A stretch of 64,000 nucleotides of DNA from Ranitomeya imitator (lineage: Eukaryota). This document shows, one piece after another, positions 1 through 13,100 of this stretch (position 1 is its first letter; each line of letters starts with the position of its first letter). The stretch is taken from contig NC_091282.1 of NCBI RefSeq assembly GCF_032444005.1, positions 516,398,001 to 516,462,000 of the forward strand, in the 5' to 3' direction. Below the pieces are notes generated by a model. The model did no database searches and was not told the DNA's origin. It worked only from the letters and a program-made list of their open reading frames with translations. A program made the translations under genes and the position numbers.

Positions 1-660
1 ATAAGATATGTCACAGCTTGTCACGAATTAGATGATCAGTGGGGTCATGACCCTGTCAAACCTCGTTCAGCACCAGCTCCAACCACTTAACTGATTGAAA
101 CTGGCGTGAACTGGGTGAAACTTGTTACAACAGTTTTCTGGCTTTAAAGCCTTCATGAATCAGGGCCATTGAATCACACAAAGACCAGAGAGTGATTGTT
201 TTAGCAACTCTTTCATCTGACCAAGGAATGAGTATCCTGAACAGGAGACATCACTTCTAATGACTCAAAATTCCCTAATTAGATTTATGGAAATATATAT
301 TCTAAACCAAATAACCACTTAAAATGGAACCCGTCCCTCAAAACACATCTTAAAAGTTTTCTAAAAACAATTTAACTGATACCAATTGCCAATGTCAGAA
401 TCATAATCAGGTGAGGGGGCTACAATGGTCGAGCAGATGCCCCAACATTTTTAATGTCCATACTGCACTTTAACTACTTACACTAGTAGCAGCTGAGCTA
501 GACATTGCAGCATTGACACATTCACTTCTATGGCGTGGGAAATGTTTATTTGGTTTGTCCGAGAAAGTCAACCCTCTCTTTAAAATATGACAGCCACAGG
601 ACAAGCACTTGAAGTCCCTGCCAGTCAGCTCATACAAATGTTTGAAAAATGTCTTGCTAA

Positions 661-1628
661 GACTGGGTTCACATTTGCGTTTTAAAACGCAGCGTTTTAA
701 ACGCAAACACATTTGGTGAAAAAACGCATTTAAACGCGTTTAAACGCTGCGTTTTTTAGATGCATGCGTTTTTGCATGTTTTAATACAAACGCGGCATTT
801 TGACGCATTTACATGCATTTTTTCCTACGTTTGCGTTTTTGAAACGCATGATGAGAAGTGTGTGACAGCTGCCAATCATCAAAATCAACTAGAAAACCCA
901 CTATAAACAGAAATAGCTAGGGTTAGGGTTAGGATCCCTAGTAACCCTAGGGATCCTAACCCTAACCCTAGGGATCCTAACCCTAATCCTAAGGGATCCT
1001 AACCCTAACCCAAACCCTAGGGATCCTAAGCCTAACCCTAAGGGATCCTAACCCTAACAATAACCCTAAGGGTTAGGGTTAGGATCCCTTAGGGTTAGGG
1101 TTTGGGTTAGGGTTAGAGTTAGGGTTAGAGTTGGCTTTTCAGTGTGTTTTCTTGTGTTTTTCTATTAAAACGCATGCATTTAAAAAGGCATGCAAACCCA
1201 TGTGCTTAAAAACGCATGCGTTTATATAGACAGCAATACTTTTTCTGCCGCAAAAAAACGCATGCGTTTTTTGTGGCAAAAAAACGCCGCTAGAAATCAC
1301 TACATGTTGCATTTCTGCAACCAAACGCATGCATAGAAAAGACGCATGCGTTGTCAAAACGCGGCAAAACGCATCCAAAAAAACGCATGCGTTTTTAATG
1401 TTAAGTATAGGAAAAAAAACGCATGCATTTTTTGCGCAAAAACGCAAAACCATCCTAAATGAATATTCCATGCATGAGATTAAAATACTGCCAAGCCAAG
1501 TCTGAAGCTTTGCCCACTTTTTCCAACACATTTTAGCAATTCAGAAACTAGTACAAATACATTCTTATTCCCTAAAGAATATAAGAAAATTGAAGATTTA
1601 CATAATTTTAATTTACATGAAACCAGCC
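661..1628. mobile_element. PIF/Harbinger-type MITE with internal AAACGCATGCGTTT palindromes and a telomere-like core
   Basis: Left end TAA|GACTGGGTTCACATTTGCG at 661; probable right end CATGAAACCAGCC|TGA ending 1628. Both halves (661-900, 1140-1447) are built from AACGCATGCGTT-type motifs. About 170 bp of unrelated sequence precedes the right end, so that boundary is uncertain. Confidence 0.6.
918..1133. repeat. Interstitial telomere-like array (TTAGGG/CCCTAA) with strand switches and a 21-bp AGGGATCCTAACCCTAACCCT unit
   Basis: Direct reading: GGGTTA repeats, about 5 GGATCC-containing units of CCCTAA repeats, then GGGTTA repeats again. Confidence 0.9.
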
Positions 1629-1823
1629 TGAGCTCTCATATAGCATAATATCGTACTGTCTTATAGCACCATCAGAGTCTCTCCTATCCAAATCATTGTG
1701 TAGGGTAAGATATAATGTGAACCAGGGGCAGACATCATTTGTACAGCTTATGCAGCTGTAAGGAAATGACCATGTTATTCATGTTCCCCCTTGAAGAAAC
1801 AAGTTTACTGTTGTAATAGGTAA

Positions 1824-2692
1824 TGTGAATTGTAAGTTACTGGTATTAGTGATATTGATAATGTGTATAGTTTGAGAAATTTGACCATAGGGACTGTTAG
1901 ACTTTATATTTGGGACTAGCACAGAGTGGGAGGTGATTAGTTTAAGGGAAAATGACAATTTCCTATCAGAGAGTGAGATAGGGCCCGGAGTGCTTAATAA
2001 GTGGACCTATAGGCCAAAGGTGAGCAGTGCCGCACAGTGGGGTGACCTTAAGTGAGAGGTGACCAAACAAACAGATCCAGAGCAGAAGGGACTAAGAGGT
2101 AGAGTGACCTTCCAGAAGCTGGTCCTGGGAAAGGACGCCAAGTAATGAGACCCCAATTTTATAATGCTCGAAGGTACCGGGTCTCCACAGAACTGACTAC
2201 ATGGGACAAGTAAAGTGTCCTGGGCAGTAGTTTCAGAGAGTCAGCATTACCAGCCATACTGGCACCATAAAGGGAAAAGAGGATGCAGAACTGCAGGACA
2301 AGTAAACTACTCCTGCTGAGCAGGAGTGTAGTGTTAAAGCTGGATTGTGGTAGTCAGAAGCAATGGACATAGAGAACAATAGAAGAAACAAAGGAAGGAA
2401 ACCATATGGAAAATGCTTTAAGTTGTACAAAAACGTTCATAAGACTGTGTAACTGCTATCCCTTGTATACAGTATATTCCCTACCAAGTTCCCATTCAGT
2501 AAAAAGTTTATTTTTGAATGATGGCCCCCCTCTTTGAACTGTGAAACAGATAGTCCTGGCCAACCAGAAACATTGGTTGCATGCAGCGTGCACAGAAATA
2601 GCCCCCTAACAAGCACAAGTCCACATACTCAGCAAGGTATCCCACTTTAATATAACATGCTGGGGAGTAAGAGATGAGTAGCATCTTCCACA
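1824..2692 (+). mobile_element. Possible old solo LTR
   Basis: TG...CA bounded ~870-bp block with an AGTAAA-like signal near the 3' end; no TSD found. Confidence 0.25.
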
Positions 2693-3569
2693 ACTACCAC
2701 CCTGCGCCGCATTACATACAGCCATGGCCATACAGGGGTCCAAGAAGTAAGAGGGCCCACACCACCTCTAAATCAGCAAGCAGCTTTTCTCATAGCCAGA
2801 ACTATTGTGCTACAAATCACTTATATATTGTCTTTGCATAGGGGCCCTTTTCTGTCTGTGTCCTTCACTGATGTGACTCCAAAGTATCAGAGGTGGGAAA
2901 AGCAGGAAAAACAAGAACGCTGTTGTAGGGGGGCGCTAAGATGTTGTGAGAAGAAGGAGTTAGTGTGAATAGTGTTACATGAAGGTTCATGAGAATGCCA
3001 GGGCAGTTGTGGGCGTAGAGCCTAGAAGAGGCAATGAGTTTCATGTCCCCCTGAAAGAATGATGTCGGCCAGGAAAAGCTAGTGGGCCTCAGGGAAGCTG
3101 TACTGCCTGAAATAAAGTCCCTGGTACCAACATTGATGGTTGAGGGGGGAACAGGTCAGCCAGAATGTAGTCAACGCCTGATAGTACACAGAACAGAGGG
3201 AACAATACCAAAAGGAAATTATGTCTCAATCTGTATGCTGCAGCCGTGTGTAACCAAATTACACCGTAAAGCTGAAGCTGTTAATCCAGACCCAAGGTCT
3301 CCTGCCATCCCTGTAGCTATAAACAGTCTAATGGATGGTGAGGTAACAAGGACTCTCAAACTACAAGTGAGTAAAGAAAGCACCCTATTGCACATCACAC
3401 TTTACTCTGACTCCTGTTTAGAAGAGGGGTTTCAGTGCAAAGAGAACTCATTTCCGGCCCACAGCAACCAACCCTGTATCCTCCTTCAAGTCGCTCTGCT
3501 AGCAGGGTCAGGCACTGGAAAGCAAAAAAAAAACAAAGAAAAAGGAAGAAACAAGGTAACCTAAAACTT

Positions 3570-5399
3570 AAAATGGCGGCCTGCGACTTGAGCTAAAAAA
3601 TGGTGGATGGCAGCATAATTCGCAAAATGGCAGACAGCAGCGTGAGTCTCAAGATGACAGCTATGGGAGGTCTGAAGTGGGGAGATCCTTCCCATTATGG
3701 GAGTGGTCAGAATCCAATGATGTGAAAACTGTGCCCAGCCCAATGAAAAAATGACCTCCAAGAGGTGTTCCAGATCCAACATCCATCCCAGAAAATCTGG
3801 AGCGGCACAGAAGGAGGCGATATCCAAGAGGAGAGATGGCTCACCTGGTAAGTGACAACGAGAGGAGAGGTCATATCTAGAGGCAGAGTCATGGGTAATG
3901 ACAGCGGAAGTGTTGACTGTGTTATTAATGCAACCACTGGAAGGGGAGAGCCTATCTGGCAGGAAGAATCAGTATGATGAAGACACGAGTGAAATCCTCC
4001 TGAAATGAGCCGAGTATTCAGTTACTTTGAAAAGATGGATACGTCTTCCGATGAAGAGACCATCTTCTTGACTACCCCAGGGGCTGCCTCGAGAAAGATA
4101 CCCAGTGAGGCCGAGGAACCGAAGTCACCATTATTGGTGGTGATTCAATGGGAGTCAGCGCCGCAGCTGTGGGTAGGTCTCATACAGCAAGAGGTCCAGT
4201 TAGTTTAATGAAGGAAGAGGAAGATCGAATGCTATCCTTGGAAAGACCTACTGCTTCCAGTTCAGTGCATGCCAGCTGGGCCATCTGACCTGTCCCCAGA
4301 GGCCAAGAGAGAAGAGGTGGAGGAAGCCCCACTACGTGCCCCTACCCGTGAAATGGGCTCAGCCCAAGACCTTTGACTGGGATAATGGACAGTGGGACCC
4401 CTTAATTTCTGAGAGGCTAACTACCTTTGGGTTCTCGTGGCCATGGAAGCTCAAAGATTGTAGAGGAGGAGCACATGCAGGCAGATGCTTTAGCTCGGTA
4501 ATGGCTGTCAGGCCCAAAAAGAGCAGATTTTGAAAAGCAGTGTAAAGAGGGTCGTGTTGCGGACTTCAACTACATCTTGTGGTTTGACTTCATCAAGGAG
4601 CAGGGAATCGGGAATGAAGTCTATGTAAACCGGGCGATGGTGAAACGGGAGACGTTGCCCTACTGTCTCCACATTCTTTACATCGAGTAGAAGGTGCAGT
4701 TTTGTAAAGTATGGTGCAGGAAAGGCTGGTACGCCGTAGGTGTCACATGGCCAGCCTTCAGTGAGGAGATCACAGTGGGAGGAAAAAGGGGACTTTGAGA
4801 GGTCCCACTCCCGCCAGCACCAGCACTCACCTTCCCAGCCCATGTTTTGAGCATTAGAAACACCCAGGATATCAAAGAACGAAAATGCTGCCACACAAAC
4901 ACCTGTTTGGACCAAAGGTAATCAACACTTTGGTGCCAAAGTGTCCCCAGTGGCAGTTGCAGACACTAATATCTGTCTGACAAGTAACGCTTTGGCTTAG
5001 GTTATTGTTTCGGAGAGAGGTCTGCTAAAGAATGATCAAGGAAGATTGAAACATCCAGACCAACCATGGAGGTGAGACCAATCTCTATGCCCTAACAATT
5101 GGGAAGCCTAGAACAAGAAGACAAAGACATTTCCAGGTGTTCTCATGTATTTTTTTTTCTTCTGTTTTTTTTTCTGTATGGCCATGTTACAGAGGCCATT
5201 CCCTGAGTCAGTGTTATCCGAGCTCAGCAAGTTTTCCGGTATTCCAGATTTTTCTTTAGCCAATTGCCACATGGGGGCCTGTTTCCCTCACCTATAAGGG
5301 ACATGGACACTCTGCTCGGGTCACTCGGCTTATGTGACTGACAGTTGCTAAAAGAGGAGGACTTCAGGGACAGGAGAAGAAAAGAGGGGTTTGGAATGT
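3570..5399 (+). mobile_element. Highly degenerate Tx1/L1-clade non-LTR retrotransposon remnant (tentative)
   Basis: AAAATGGCGG motif near the start; fragmentary translations resembling Tx1 ORF1 (FSSVMAVRPKKSRF; THLPSPCF...YQ..K.CH) and ORF2 (RRRKEGFGMFNP, cf. RREGGLGMVNP); many stops and frameshifts. Confidence 0.35.
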
Positions 5400-6059
5400 T
5401 TAACCCCTTCACCCCGAAGCCTGTTTTCACCTAAGTGACAGGGCCAATTTTTACAATTCTGACCACTGTCACTTTATGAGGTCATAACTCTGAAACTCTT
5501 CAACGGATCCTGGTGATTCTGACATTGTTTTCTCGTGACATATATATGGTAATGGTAAAACTTCTTCGATATGACTTGCATTTATTTGTGAAAAAAACAA
5601 AAAATTTGTCGAAAATTATGAAAATTTAGAAATTTCCAAACTTTTAGTTTTTATGCCCTTAAATTAGAGAGATATATCACATAATATAGCTAATAAACAA
5701 CATTTCCCACATGTCTGCTTTACATCAGCACAATTTTGGAAACATAATTTTTTTTTGTTAGGGAGTTATAAGGGTTAAAAGTTGACCAGCGATTTCTCAT
5801 TTTTGCAACAAAATTTGCAAAACCATTTTTTTTACGGACCACCTCACACTTGAAGTGACTTTGAGGGGTCTAAATGACAGAAAATGCCCAAAAGTGACAC
5901 ATTCTAAAAACTGCACCCCCCAAGGTACTCAAAACCACATTCAAAATGTTTATTAACCCTTCAGGTGCTTCACAGGAATTTTTTGAATGTTTAAAAAAAA
6001 TTGAATATTTACGGTAACTTTTTTTCACAAAATTTTTACTTCAGATCCAATTTGTTTCA

Positions 6060-7460
6060 TTTTACCAAGGGTAACAGGGAAAATTGGACCACAAAAGTCA
6101 TTGTACAATTTATCCTGAGTACGTCGATACCCCATATGTGGGGGTAAGCCACTGTTTGGGCACATGGCAGAGCTCGGAAGGGAAGGAGCGCCATTTGACT
6201 TTTCAATGCAAGATTTGCTGGAATTGAGATCGGAGCCCATGTCGCGATTGGAGAGCCCCTGACATGCCTAAACAGTGGAAACCCCCACAAGTGACACCAT
6301 TTTGGAAAGTAGACCTTCTAAGGAACTAATCAAGATGTGTGGTGAGCACTTTGAACCTCCAAGTGCTTCACAGAAGTTTACAATGTAGAGCCGTAAAAAA
6401 AATTTCATATTAATTTTCACAAAAAAATGATTTTTTGCCCCAAATTTTTTATTTTCCCAAGGGTAACAGGATAAATTGGACCCTAAAAGTTGTTGTGCAA
6501 TTTGTCCTGAGTACGCTGATACTTCATATATGGGGATAAACCACTGTTTGAGCGCATGGCAGAGCTTAGAAGGGAAGGAGTGCCGTTTGACTTTTCAATG
6601 CAAAATTGGCTGGAATTGAGATCGGAACCCATGTCGCATTTGGAGAGCCCCTAACGGGCCTTAACAGTGGAAACCCCCACAAGTAACCCCATTTTGGAAA
6701 GAAGACCCCCTAAGGAACTTATCTAGATGTGTGGTGAGCACTTTTAACCCCCAATTGTTTCACTAAAGTTTAGAATGTAGCACTGTGAAAATTAAAAAAA
6801 CATTTTTTCTTTCCACAAAATGATGTTTTAGCCCGCAATTTTTTTTCCCAAGGGTAACAGGAGAAATTGGACCACAAAAGTTATTGTCCAATTTGTCCTG
6901 AGTACGCTGATACCCCATATGTGGGGGGAACCACCGTTTGAGTGCATGGCAGAGCTCGGAAGGGAAGGAGCACCGTTTAAAATGCAGACTTAGATGGATT
7001 GGTCTGCAGGCGTCATGTTGTATTTGCAGAGCCCCTGATGTACCTAAACAGTAGAAACCCCCCACAAGTGACCCCATATTGGAAACTAGACCCACCAAGG
7101 AACTTATCTAGATGTGTTGTGAGAACTTTGAACCAACAAGTGTTTCACTACAGTTTATAACGCAGAGCCGTGAAAATAAAAAATATTTTTTTTCCACGAA
7201 AATGATATTTTAGGCCCCACGTTCTTATTTTCCCAAGGGTAACAGGACAAATTGGACCCCAAAAGTTGTTGTCCAACTTGTCCTGAGAACGCTGATACCC
7301 CATATGTTGGGGGGAACCACTGTTTAGGCGCACAGGAGAACTCGGAAGGGAAGGAGCACTGTTTTAGTTTTTTAAAGCAGAATTGGCTGGAATTGAGATC
7401 GGATGCCATGTCGCGTTTGGAGAGCCCCTAATGTGCCGAAACAGTGGAAACTCCCCAATT
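6060..7460 (+). repeat. ~390-bp tandem array (about 4 units) inside piggyBac-like copy 1
   Basis: GGAAGGAG anchor at about 6181, 6573, 6963, 7349. Confidence 0.9.
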
Positions 7461-7467
7461 CTAACTG

Positions 7468-7566
7468 AAACCCTAACCCCAACCCTAACCCTAGCCCTAA
7501 CCCCAACCCCAACCCTAACCCTAGCCCTAACCATAGTCCTAACCCTAGCCCTAACCCTAACCCTAA
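7468..7566 (+). repeat. Degenerate (CCCTAA)n telomere-like array inside piggyBac-like copy 1
   Basis: About 16 CCCTAA/CCCTAG/CCCCAA hexamers read directly. Confidence 0.9.
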
Positions 7567-9512
7567 TGGGAAAATGGAAATAAATACATTTTTTTACATT
7601 TTATTATTTTTCCCTAACTAAGGGGGAGATGAAGGGGGGTTTGATCTACTTTTGTAGTGTTTTTTGGTGGATTTTTAGGGTTGACAGCTGTCACACACTA
7701 AAAGACGCTTTTTATTGCAAAAAATAGTTTTTGCATCACCACATTTTGAGAGCTATAATTTATCCATATTTTGGCCCACAGAGTCTTGTGAGATCTTGTT
7801 TTTTGCGGGATGAGTTGCCGTTTTTATGGGTACCATTTTCGGGCAGATGACATTTTTTGATCGCTTTATATTCCGATTTTTGGGAGGCGGAATGAACAAA
7901 ATCCAGCAATTCCTGAAATTCTTTTAGGGGGACGTTTATCGGTATCCACGTGTGGTAAAATTGATAAAGCAGCTTTATTCTTCAGGTCAGTACGACTACA
8001 GCGATACCTCATTTATGTAATTTTTTTTATGTTTTTGGCGCTTTTACACAATAAAAACTATTTTATATAAAAACTTTTTTATTTTTCTGCTGATGATGCT
8101 GTATGGCGGCTTTTTTTTTGCAGGACAAGATGACGTTTTCAGCGGTACCATGGTTATTTATATCCGTCTTTTTGATCGCGTGTTATTCCACTTTTTGTTC
8201 GCCTGTATGATAATAAAGCAATGTTTTTTGCCTTGTTTTTTATTTTTTTTTGCGGTGTTCACTGAAGGAGTTAACTAGTGGGATAGTTTTATAGAGCGGG
8301 TCGTTACGGACGTGGCGATATCAAATATGTGTACTTTTATTGTTTTTTTTTATTTACATAAATGGATTTACTGGGAAATGTTTTTTTTTTCTTTATTTTG
8401 GGATTTTTTTTATTTTTTTTTTATACATTCTATTTTTTTTTTTTTTTACTTTCTACCATTGTCCCAGGGTGGGACATCACTGTATTAGATCAGATCGTTG
8501 ATCTCACAGTGTGCATAGCACTCTGTCAGATCATCGATCTGACAGGCAAGTTTAGGTGGCTTTCCGGCGCCTGCTCTCAGCAACTCTCAGCAGGCGCCGG
8601 CTAGCCAGGTCATTTCATGACCCGGAAGGAGTCCCGCGGCCATCTTGGATCTGGGGACTCCTTCCGGATCACCGGAGCAACGCGATCTCATCGCGTTGCT
8701 CCGGTGGGAGAGCGCAGGGAGCCACCGTCCCTGCGCGATCCCCCTCTATGCCGCTGTCTCTACTGACAGCGGCATCAGAGGGGTTAAATTCCCGCGATCG
8801 GCGCTAGCGCCGATCGTGGGCATTGCTGCGGGGTGTCAGCTGTCATATACAGTTGACACCTGCACCCGATCACCGCGGTGCTCAGCGCGAGACCGCGGTG
8901 ATCGGTGCGCCGTACTAGTACTGCTGCTGGCACAAATGCATTGCCGGCAGCGCAGTACTAGTACGTCGCATGTCGCGAAGGGGTTAATGTGAAATGTTTT
9001 ATGTGTGTTTAAGTTTATACAGTTTGATGGTTAGGGATGACCAAAAAGGGACGGTGTCTCTATCTGTATGCTGCAGCCTTGTGTAACTGAACCTGTTAAT
9101 CCGGACCAAGGTCTCCTCTCATATCTGTGGCTGTAACCAGTCCCATGGACGTGGAGGTGACAAGGACTCCCAAACTACAAATGAGTAAATAAGAACCCCA
9201 CAGCACATCATATTCAACTCTAAATCCTGTTTTGAAGAAGGATTTCATGGAAAAGAGAACTCAGTTCTGGCTTACAGCAACAGACCCTGTAACCTCCTTC
9301 TCACTCTCAGTAATCCAGTAATGTGGCATCACTGAATGGCAGTAATGCTGCAGAGATGCCGCCATCTGGGGCTTCACCCAGACATCATATTAGCTATGAA
9401 AAATTTGATCTAATGCTCGTCATTCATGCCAACCAATTGCGAAAAAGTTTATTCAATCTGATTTACTGATTCAATAGCCCAGACTCAGAAAATATATTGT
9501 ACACTGATTTAA

Positions 9513-10134
9513 AGGGGTATACCAATCTCCAAGATATTTTCCCAATATATAGTAAGTGTATTAATAATAATATTAACGAATACCTCCAATTAGAAAAGTA
9601 GTATAGTTTTTCTAATTTGCTATGTGCAGGCATTGCAGGACCTTAGGTATCCATTGTTACGGCCACCAGTAACTAGCTAAGCCTAGGTTCACACTTGCAT
9701 ACCTACCGGAGCTTTGCAGATGGCTGCATATTTCCTCCGTAAAGCTCAGTCCACACTTCTTCCGTTTAGGTTCGCATACGTCTGCATGTGTCCTGCGTAC
9801 CTATCTTTAATATTGGGTACGCAGGACATGCGGGTGTATGCGGATGCATCAGTTTGATGCACCCGTCGACCGCACAGGAGTGCAACTTGTATCGTTTGGA
9901 TGCAGTGTATTTTTGCTGCGTCCAAAATGCAGCGTTCTAATAAATGCATGTGTTTAGGTTACTATACATAGTATCTCCGCTACAGAAATTAACATGCTGC
10001 ATCTCTTAAATCTGCACTGCGAGTGAGTACATGCTGCGTTAAATAGAAACACAGTGGGTATGGGTTTTCTTTAAATCCATCCATTGTGCTTGTAATATAG
10101 AGCGCAGCATTTTGGACGAAGCAAAAATATGCTC
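9513..10134. mobile_element. Cluster of truncated MITEs (Kolobok/T2-type left end, Harbinger-type left end, palindromic MITE remnant)
   Basis: TTAA|AGGGGTATACC at 9513, similar to the 49600-49896 element; TAA|GCCTAGGTTCACACTTGC at 9681; inverted pair TATTTTTGCTGCGTCCAAAATGC / GCATTTTGGACGAAGCAAAAATA at about 9908 and 10107. Confidence 0.6.
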
Positions 10135-13100
10135 AAGTTCTTATCCAGAATTCAGGACAATTACCTGCCTCGGTTGGTAGATGAACCAACCAGGATAAAT
10201 AATCAACTGGATCTGGTCTGTCAAATATACCAGATACAATTTCAGATCTACAGGTCAGGGAGCATTTGGGATGCAGTGACCATTATATGGTAAGTTTCAA
10301 TGTAATTTTCAATCAAACAATCAAAAGGGGAAATGCCAAAACCTGGAACCTCAGGAAAGCTGATTTCAACAAATTAAGGGAAGAGCTAAATCGTGTAGAC
10401 TGGGACCATGTCATGGTAACTGGAGATACCGAACGTAAATGGGGCATATTTAAGGAAATGCTACTAGAATCCTGCAGAAAACTTATTCCCTCTTGTAATA
10501 AAATGTCAAAGAATAAAAAGAAACCATTATGGATAAATAAGACAGTACAAAGTTTAATAAGGCAAAAACAAAAGACATTTTAAATCTTGAAAGCTGAGAA
10601 TACTGAAAAAAAACATTTCAGAAGTATAAAGATCTAAATAAGAAATGTAAAAAAGAAATCAAGCTAGCAAAGTTATCTACAGAGAAATAAATCACCAACA
10701 ACATAAAAATAAATCCCAAAAATGTTTATAAACACATCAATGCCAAAAAGAAAAAAACAGATGGTATCGGCACCTTCAAAGATGTCAATAACAAGATAAT
10801 TATAGAGGACAAAGACAAGGCTGAGATATTAAACAGGCACTTTTCGTCCGTGTTCACCAATGGACTGTATGTTACAGGGATCATTCAACAAGGCAAAAAT
10901 CAAAGTTCACCCCCTAAATATAACTAGTTTAACACAAAAATAAGTACACCTACGTCTGAGTAATTTAAACATTGACAAATCCCCCAGCCCAGATGGCATT
11001 AATCCACGGATACTGAGGGAATTGAGCTCAACATTTGACAGGCCACTGTATCTCATATTCTTACACTCTCTTCTAACAGGGGTGGTGCCAAGGGATTGGA
11101 AGATGGCTGATGTGGTACCAATATTTAAGAAAGGTAAGAAGGTGGATCCAGGCTACTACCGTCCGGAAAGCCTGACATCAGTAGTGTGCAAATTTTTTTG
11201 AAGGCATTATAAGGACGGATTCATGAAGAATAAGTTGTGTCTAACTAACATGTTGGGTTTCTATGAGGAGGTAAGTGCAAATCTGGATGTTGGTAATGTG
11301 GCTGATGACATTTATCTGGTCTTTGCAAAGACATTTGACACTGTTTCATATAACAGCTTTATTCTGAAGCTACTGAAACAAGGACTGGGGGAAACTATAT
11401 GCAGATGGGTAAGGAATTGGCTAAAAAGAACTGTAAAAAATGGTACTATATTAATGACCTTTTGGATGGGATTTAAAGTAAAGTGTCAGTCTTTGTTGAT
11501 GACACCAAACTATGTAGGATTTTAAAATCTGACCTTGACATTGCAATATTGCAAAACAGTATGAATAAGATGACTGAATGGGCAAGTGCAGCGCCCCAGA
11601 GTCCTGGTCATTGCAGTAATGTCGCTCTGCCGCTAAGGGGAGTGATGTTATGTCTGATTGCACTAAAGGAGTTCACCTGACCAGGTATCACAGTCACACA
11701 TTACACTTCACACTCCGGCCACTAGGGGGAGCAAAAGGCACTATGTATTAGGCCACTCCTCACACTGGTAAAACTAGAGGTCGGATAGGAAGTTAGATCA
11801 GAATGCAGCCTGGGAGAGCTCCAGGGAGGACCTGTCAGGGGTGGGTTCCTGGCAGGTATCTAGCGGAAAGGACAGAACGTTATGGAGCCGCACCTGCACT
11901 ACCTTGCGGCAGCATCCTAAGGAAGGACACGAAGCGAAGGATATTGTGGAGAAGTGAGAAACAAAATAGCAGCACAAAGAGATAGCCAGTAGGAGTCGTG
12001 CCCCGAGATCGGCAACATCCTACTGAGGCGCGTAGCCGGTGGCTGGAACGCAGAGGAAGTGACAGACTCCAAGCATTACTTCGAACAGCAGCAGGACAGT
12101 TAATTTTAGGTTGGCTGTCTACCTTACATCACCTAAGCAGACAGAGGGGGCAAAGTTGGAGAGGGGCGTCTCTAGGGTCCCAGAATAGCTCCGAGCCTTC
12201 CCGTCAAACGGGTGCATCCTATCCACACAATAACTTGGGGGGCGGAGAGCAAGAGAAAGAACAGATACGAAAGTTGCGAGGTCTATCCCAAATGCTGAGC
12301 AGGGAAGAACTACAACACACAGCCGCTAGTTGGTAGGCACTGATTTCCACCTGCAAAGGAAACTCTGGACGTGCCTTCGGACCGGCCTGACTCAGCCAGC
12401 CCTGTTAGCAGTGCTCTGGATTGCGGATCCCGAAGTCTTCAGTAAAAGGTAAAGAGACTTCAACCCTGTGTCCTCGTTATTAATTGCGCATCACATCATT
12501 GCCACCTACATTACTGGGAAGCCCTGGGGATATACTACACCTGTGGGAAGGTACACCAGCTAGCTGCCATTCCATCACCCCAGCAGAACCCCTAGCAGCT
12601 TCGGTCATCCTGACCGAATACCACAGGTGGCGTCACGAACCCTTGACAAACTACATCACCCTTTCATTGGACACCCCTTAGCAGGGTCACGGACCGGGTC
12701 CAGCCACCGTGACAACCCCAGCACCGAAACAGAGAGGACCAGTACTGAGTATCCCACGGCCCTGTGTCTGGGGGCACTCCACAAACACTTGGCAAATGAG
12801 ATTTAAGGTAGATAAAAGTAATGCACCGAAGATGGATTAATCCTATTGCTGCATATGCATTAGATTGGGGTGTACTCGGGACTACAAAACAGGAAAAGGA
12901 CTTGGGTATTCTGGTTACAAGTAAACTGAACAACACTACTCAATGTCAAGCAGCAGCTGCAAAAGCAAACAAGATTTTAGGATATATAAAAAGAGAGATA
13001 AAATCGCTGTGATCCCCAACAGATTAGTACCCCTTTATAAATCACTGGTGAAGCCACATCTAGAATATGGGATCCAGTTTTGTGCTTCACGTTTTAAAAA

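Larger units (their letters stand above)
5404..8983 (+). mobile_element. Non-autonomous piggyBac-like DNA transposon, copy 1
   Basis: TTAA at 5400-5403 and 8984-8987; termini CCCCTTC...GAAGGGG; no transposase ORF; colinear with 43925-48966. Confidence 0.85.

Noticed and set aside
918-1133. True chromosome end or fusion site
   Set aside because: Short, degenerate and enclosed by MITE arms; better explained as element cargo.
3082-3564. 160-aa ORF as a host gene
   Set aside because: Non-ATG start, no recognisable domain, and the paralogous segment at 9040-9300 has stops in the equivalent frame.
6025-7409. Repeated short ORFs in the 390-bp arrays (also 44843-47065)
   Set aside because: Frames are interrupted in every unit and show no recognisable domain.
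7383-7583. Thr/Leu/Pro-rich ORF
   Set aside because: Translation of the CCCTAA array.
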